From contig JAEOTB010000017.1 of the NCBI GenBank assembly GCA_016840065.1, positions 1-19,479 of the forward strand: a stretch of 19,479 nucleotides of DNA, read 5' to 3'. Under the pieces are notes generated by a model. It worked only from the letters and a program-made list of their open reading frames with translations, had not been told where the DNA came from and did not search any database. The translations under genes and the position numbers were made by a program. This stretch comes from Candidatus Hermodarchaeota archaeon. GTDB lineage: Archaea; Asgardarchaeota; Hermodarchaeia; Hermodarchaeales; Hermodarchaeaceae. Below are positions 16,586-19,479 of this stretch, piece after piece; within the stretch, counting starts at the first letter, position 1, and each line of letters begins with the position of its first letter.

Positions 16586-17866
16586 ATGACATCAGTTTTT
16601 GAGCGAACAGGATACTTGAAGCGAATACGCTTGTTCAGTCCTAACGCCCAGAAACTTATCCTTAGCAATGTTATCGGCTCCTTTGGTTGGGGAGTTAACC
16701 AAGCAATCTTCAACATCTATCTCCTGTCGCTAGGCTATTCGAATACTTTCCTTGGAGGTATCATGGGACTTGGTGCCTTTTCGATGGCGATATGCTCGCT
16801 ACTCGTTGGACCTTACGTTACTCGTGTCGGTACGAAAAATGCCTTGATCCTTGGGAGCCTCATGCATCTTACCATCTCTATACCAAGAGTGTTGACGCCC
16901 TTTCCTGAGATGTTCATCGTTGGTGCTGCTCTTAGCGGGATTAGTAGTGCAATGGGAAATGTAGCCTTTGCCCCCTTCATTGCAAAGCATAGCACATCCT
17001 TTGAGCGAACACACCTCTTTGGCACGAATCAATCACTTGCTATCCTCAGTAACTTTGCTGGTTCAACTCTTGCAGGTTTTCTTCCCAGCTGGGCCTCCCT
17101 TGTCTTCCTGTTGCCTATTGACAGTGCTCCTTCCTTCCAGCTTGCCCTTATCGGCTGGGTTGTACCCATAATCCTAAACATAATCCCCATTTTGACGATT
17201 CGTGAATTCGAAGACGAGACAACCATAGAGAAGATGGAGAAAGACTCCTCTCCCAGAAGTTCCGCTCCTGAGCCAAAGGGGAGAAAGGAACTATTCCTCC
17301 TATTTGCCATACCCACAGCCCTAATTGGTCTAGGTGCAGGTTTTGTTGTGCCCTTTCTTTCTGTGTTTTTCTGGGACTTCTATAATTTGCCAACACCTCT
17401 TGTCGGATTCATCCAGGGGATGGGCTCGCTTACTGTTGCCACTGGTGCTTTCATATCTCCTGGGCTTTCAACTCGTCTTGGGAAGGTGCGGACAGTCGTA
17501 CTCTGCCAAGCCCTTTCTCTCCCGTTCCTCTTCCTCATTGCTGTCTTAGTCAACCCAGTTATTGCTATTCTTTGCTTCCTTGCTCGCGGAGCACTCATGA
17601 ACATGACTGGACCTGTTGATAACTCTTTCAAAATGGAAATGGTCCCCAATCGCTGGCGTGCCTACTTGACGTCTGTGTCCTCGTTCGCCTGGAGCTTTCC
17701 CTGGGCATTCTCAACGCAGGTTACTGGTCCTTTGTTTGACGCGGACCTCTACCTGTTACCCTTCTGGTATACGCTCATCTGCTATAGTACCTCCACGGTT
17801 CTCTATTGGATGTTCTTCCGAAAGTCCGAGAAACGCTTAACCAAGGAGCTAGCCGCTGCAAAATAA
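16586..17866 (+). CDS. MFS transporter
   Basis: About 12 hydrophobic segments in two halves with a central hydrophilic loop. Motif-A-like GPYVTRVGTK and GLSTRLGKVR. Confidence 0.9.
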   Translation: MTSVFERTGYLKRIRLFSPNAQKLILSNVIGSFGWGVNQAIFNIYLLSLGYSNTFLGGIMGLGAFSMAICSLLVGPYVTRVGTKNALILGSLMHLTISIPRVLTPFPEMFIVGAALSGISSAMGNVAFAPFIAKHSTSFERTHLFGTNQSLAILSNFAGSTLAGFLPSWASLVFLLPIDSAPSFQLALIGWVVPIILNIIPILTIREFEDETTIEKMEKDSSPRSSAPEPKGRKELFLLFAIPTALIGLGAGFVVPFLSVFFWDFYNLPTPLVGFIQGMGSLTVATGAFISPGLSTRLGKVRTVVLCQALSLPFLFLIAVLVNPVIAILCFLARGALMNMTGPVDNSFKMEMVPNRWRAYLTSVSSFAWSFPWAFSTQVTGPLFDADLYLLPFWYTLICYSTSTVLYWMFFRKSEKRLTKELAAAK

Positions 17867-17876
17867 CTCGGGTTGA

Positions 17877-18674
17877 TCAGGACCGTTTAGGTCGCCAAGC
17901 ATACACGTGATCAGCGTCTAGCCATTTCACAGAGTAGCCATAGTATCGTAATTGCGCTTCTGCCCTAGCCTTCCATTCAGGATGCGTGTCTAGTTCGTGA
18001 ACCTCTATGAGCCAGCGCTTGATCTTGTGCATAACTGGTTCGGCACCTTCCAGTATGAGCCATTCACCGCCTTCGGTATCTACCTTAATCAAATCCGCTT
18101 CTCGATCCTCCAGTAGGGTGGAGAGGGTCAATATTTTGACTTGGATTCTCCTAGTGAGTCCTCGGTTTGAAAGTTCGATCAGTGAGCTCCATCCCGAGAT
18201 AGGGGATACGTGAAAGATAGCAACCCCGTCGTGGTTTGATATTGCGCATTCAAGAACTTGGATATTCCCAAGACCAGCTCGTACCGTGTTGAAGCGGAGA
18301 TACTGCACCATCTTGGGATGGGGTTCAACCGCTATGATGTGGGTATATTGTTCGTTGAGAAGTATGGAATACCGTCCAGACTGGGCACCTACGTCAATGA
18401 AGAGGCCGCCCGATGTTTGTAAGACTGTCTGTGAGACTTCTGGTTCAGATAGATAGGGATTGCGGTAAAGCATGTTCTGAATACGCGCAGGGACAAGGGG
18501 CATGTAGAGTCTTTGGCAAATCGGATGAAGGAAGTCCTGCCAAGACTTGGTTTTCTTGAAGTGGGTCTTGACGACGAAGAGGAGGCCGAGAAGGCCTGAA
18601 AATAGGAATAAGAGGAGGTTATGGTTTAGGATGCGAAATCCTGAGAGAATTTGTGCAATTCGTCGGATAGGCAT
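17877..18674 (-). CDS. FkbM-family SAM-dependent methyltransferase with an N-terminal hydrophobic segment
   Basis: FIDVGAQSGRYS, IAVEP, CAISN and LIKVDTEGGEWLILEG. Confidence 0.88.
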   Translation of the reverse strand: MPIRRIAQILSGFRILNHNLLLFLFSGLLGLLFVVKTHFKKTKSWQDFLHPICQRLYMPLVPARIQNMLYRNPYLSEPEVSQTVLQTSGGLFIDVGAQSGRYSILLNEQYTHIIAVEPHPKMVQYLRFNTVRAGLGNIQVLECAISNHDGVAIFHVSPISGWSSLIELSNRGLTRRIQVKILTLSTLLEDREADLIKVDTEGGEWLILEGAEPVMHKIKRWLIEVHELDTHPEWKARAEAQLRYYGYSVKWLDADHVYAWRPKRS

Positions 18675-18745
18675 TGATAGACCCCCTTGTCACTTCTCAT
18701 TCGGGCTATAATAAGCCGCTGTTCTAAAGTGTAGGATAATATGCA

Positions 18746-19372
18746 ATGAAAGACAGGAACTACATAGTGAAAGGTATGAAGCGAGAACTTGTTGAGACCC
18801 TCATCAAGGTGTTCCTCGTCTTTATTCTTATTCTAATCCCCATCAACATTGTTCAAGGATTCTGTGCAGAATGGATTCATGAACTGCTTTCCCCATTTGA
18901 GAATAGTTATCCTTACATCAGTAGTGGTTTTGAACCTCCCCCCTTGACTGCAGCGTTCTTTACCGCGTCTGGCGTTATGTTCAGACTTAGATTCTACTTC
19001 AGCTGTTATATCGCGATTGGAGCAATACTAGGGGCGCTGACAGGAAGATTTATCGTATTAGTTCGAGAACTGACAACGCGTTCACAATCTAGGTGGCCCG
19101 TGGTTACAATCTTTTTTGTAAGTATATTTGCGGGAGTTGGGTTTAGTACCACTATTGTAATCCTTCAATACCGTCTACAGCTACTGACCCTGATTAATGG
19201 ATATAGTGGGTTTCTAGGGATATTTCTTCCAATTGCTAGCTTCGAGTATATTTACCCTCTCGCCGTTATATTTGCCCTCTCCATTGCGTTTTTCCACGGG
19301 TCTCCATCTTCTTTTCGAAGAGTACTCGCTCAGCAAAGAGGGTCTAGGTATTTTTGGTATCGAAAAACATAG
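18746..19372 (+). CDS. Hypothetical multi-pass membrane protein
   Basis: About four to five hydrophobic segments. TATAATAA upstream near 18706. No family motif I can assign confidently. Confidence 0.7.
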   Translation: MKDRNYIVKGMKRELVETLIKVFLVFILILIPINIVQGFCAEWIHELLSPFENSYPYISSGFEPPPLTAAFFTASGVMFRLRFYFSCYIAIGAILGALTGRFIVLVRELTTRSQSRWPVVTIFFVSIFAGVGFSTTIVILQYRLQLLTLINGYSGFLGIFLPIASFEYIYPLAVIFALSIAFFHGSPSSFRRVLAQQRGSRYFWYRKT

Positions 19373-19479
19373 GAATCCGTTTCTTTCTGGTCTGGTTACT
19401 ACCTGACATAAATAGATGGAACACCTTCCTAGCAACCGAGGTAGACACCGTGGTTATTTCACAAGACATCTTTGAGATA

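Noticed and set aside
2217-19435. Remaining short antisense or nested ORFs in the track
   Set aside because: They overlap well-supported genes and have no motifs.
1-19479. tRNA, rRNA, CRISPR arrays, transposases or integrases
   Set aside because: None recognised by eye. There are no regularly spaced repeats or cloverleaf signatures in the intergenic regions.

Overview
Archaeal-type genomic window. The lineage call is an inference from TATA-like promoters, RAD55/KaiC and GvpD-like ATPases, an archaeosortase-like protein and an Archaeoglobus-type IscS; Asgard or Bathyarchaeia are plausible. Gene content from left to right: acetyl-CoA synthetase (minus strand, running off the window), a 10-PAS sensor with a degenerate histidine-kinase module, an archaeosortase/exosortase-family gene, an unannotated 48-aa CPxCG zinc-finger gene, a purine phosphoribosyltransferase, four KaiC/RAD55-superfamily ATPases plus a receiver protein, a tusA-dsrE-iscS-iscU operon, an RHH-like regulator, an acyl-CoA dehydrogenase, an MFS transporter, an FkbM methyltransferase and a membrane protein. 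The main finding is that acs looks like a pseudogene (stop plus frameshift) but is interrupted by a 31-nt insert (254-284). With its flanks the insert folds into a bulge-helix-bulge (BHB) motif. Cutting at the canonical tRNA-splicing-endonuclease positions removes exactly 31 nt and restores the conserved [11 protein letters not shown] motif, so it is a candidate archaeal mRNA intron in a metabolic gene. Secondary findings are a related structured element upstream of acs, an IscS lacking the PLP lysine and co-encoded with sulfur carriers behind a perfect 20-bp palindrome, and a partly degenerate KaiC/PAS signalling cluster.
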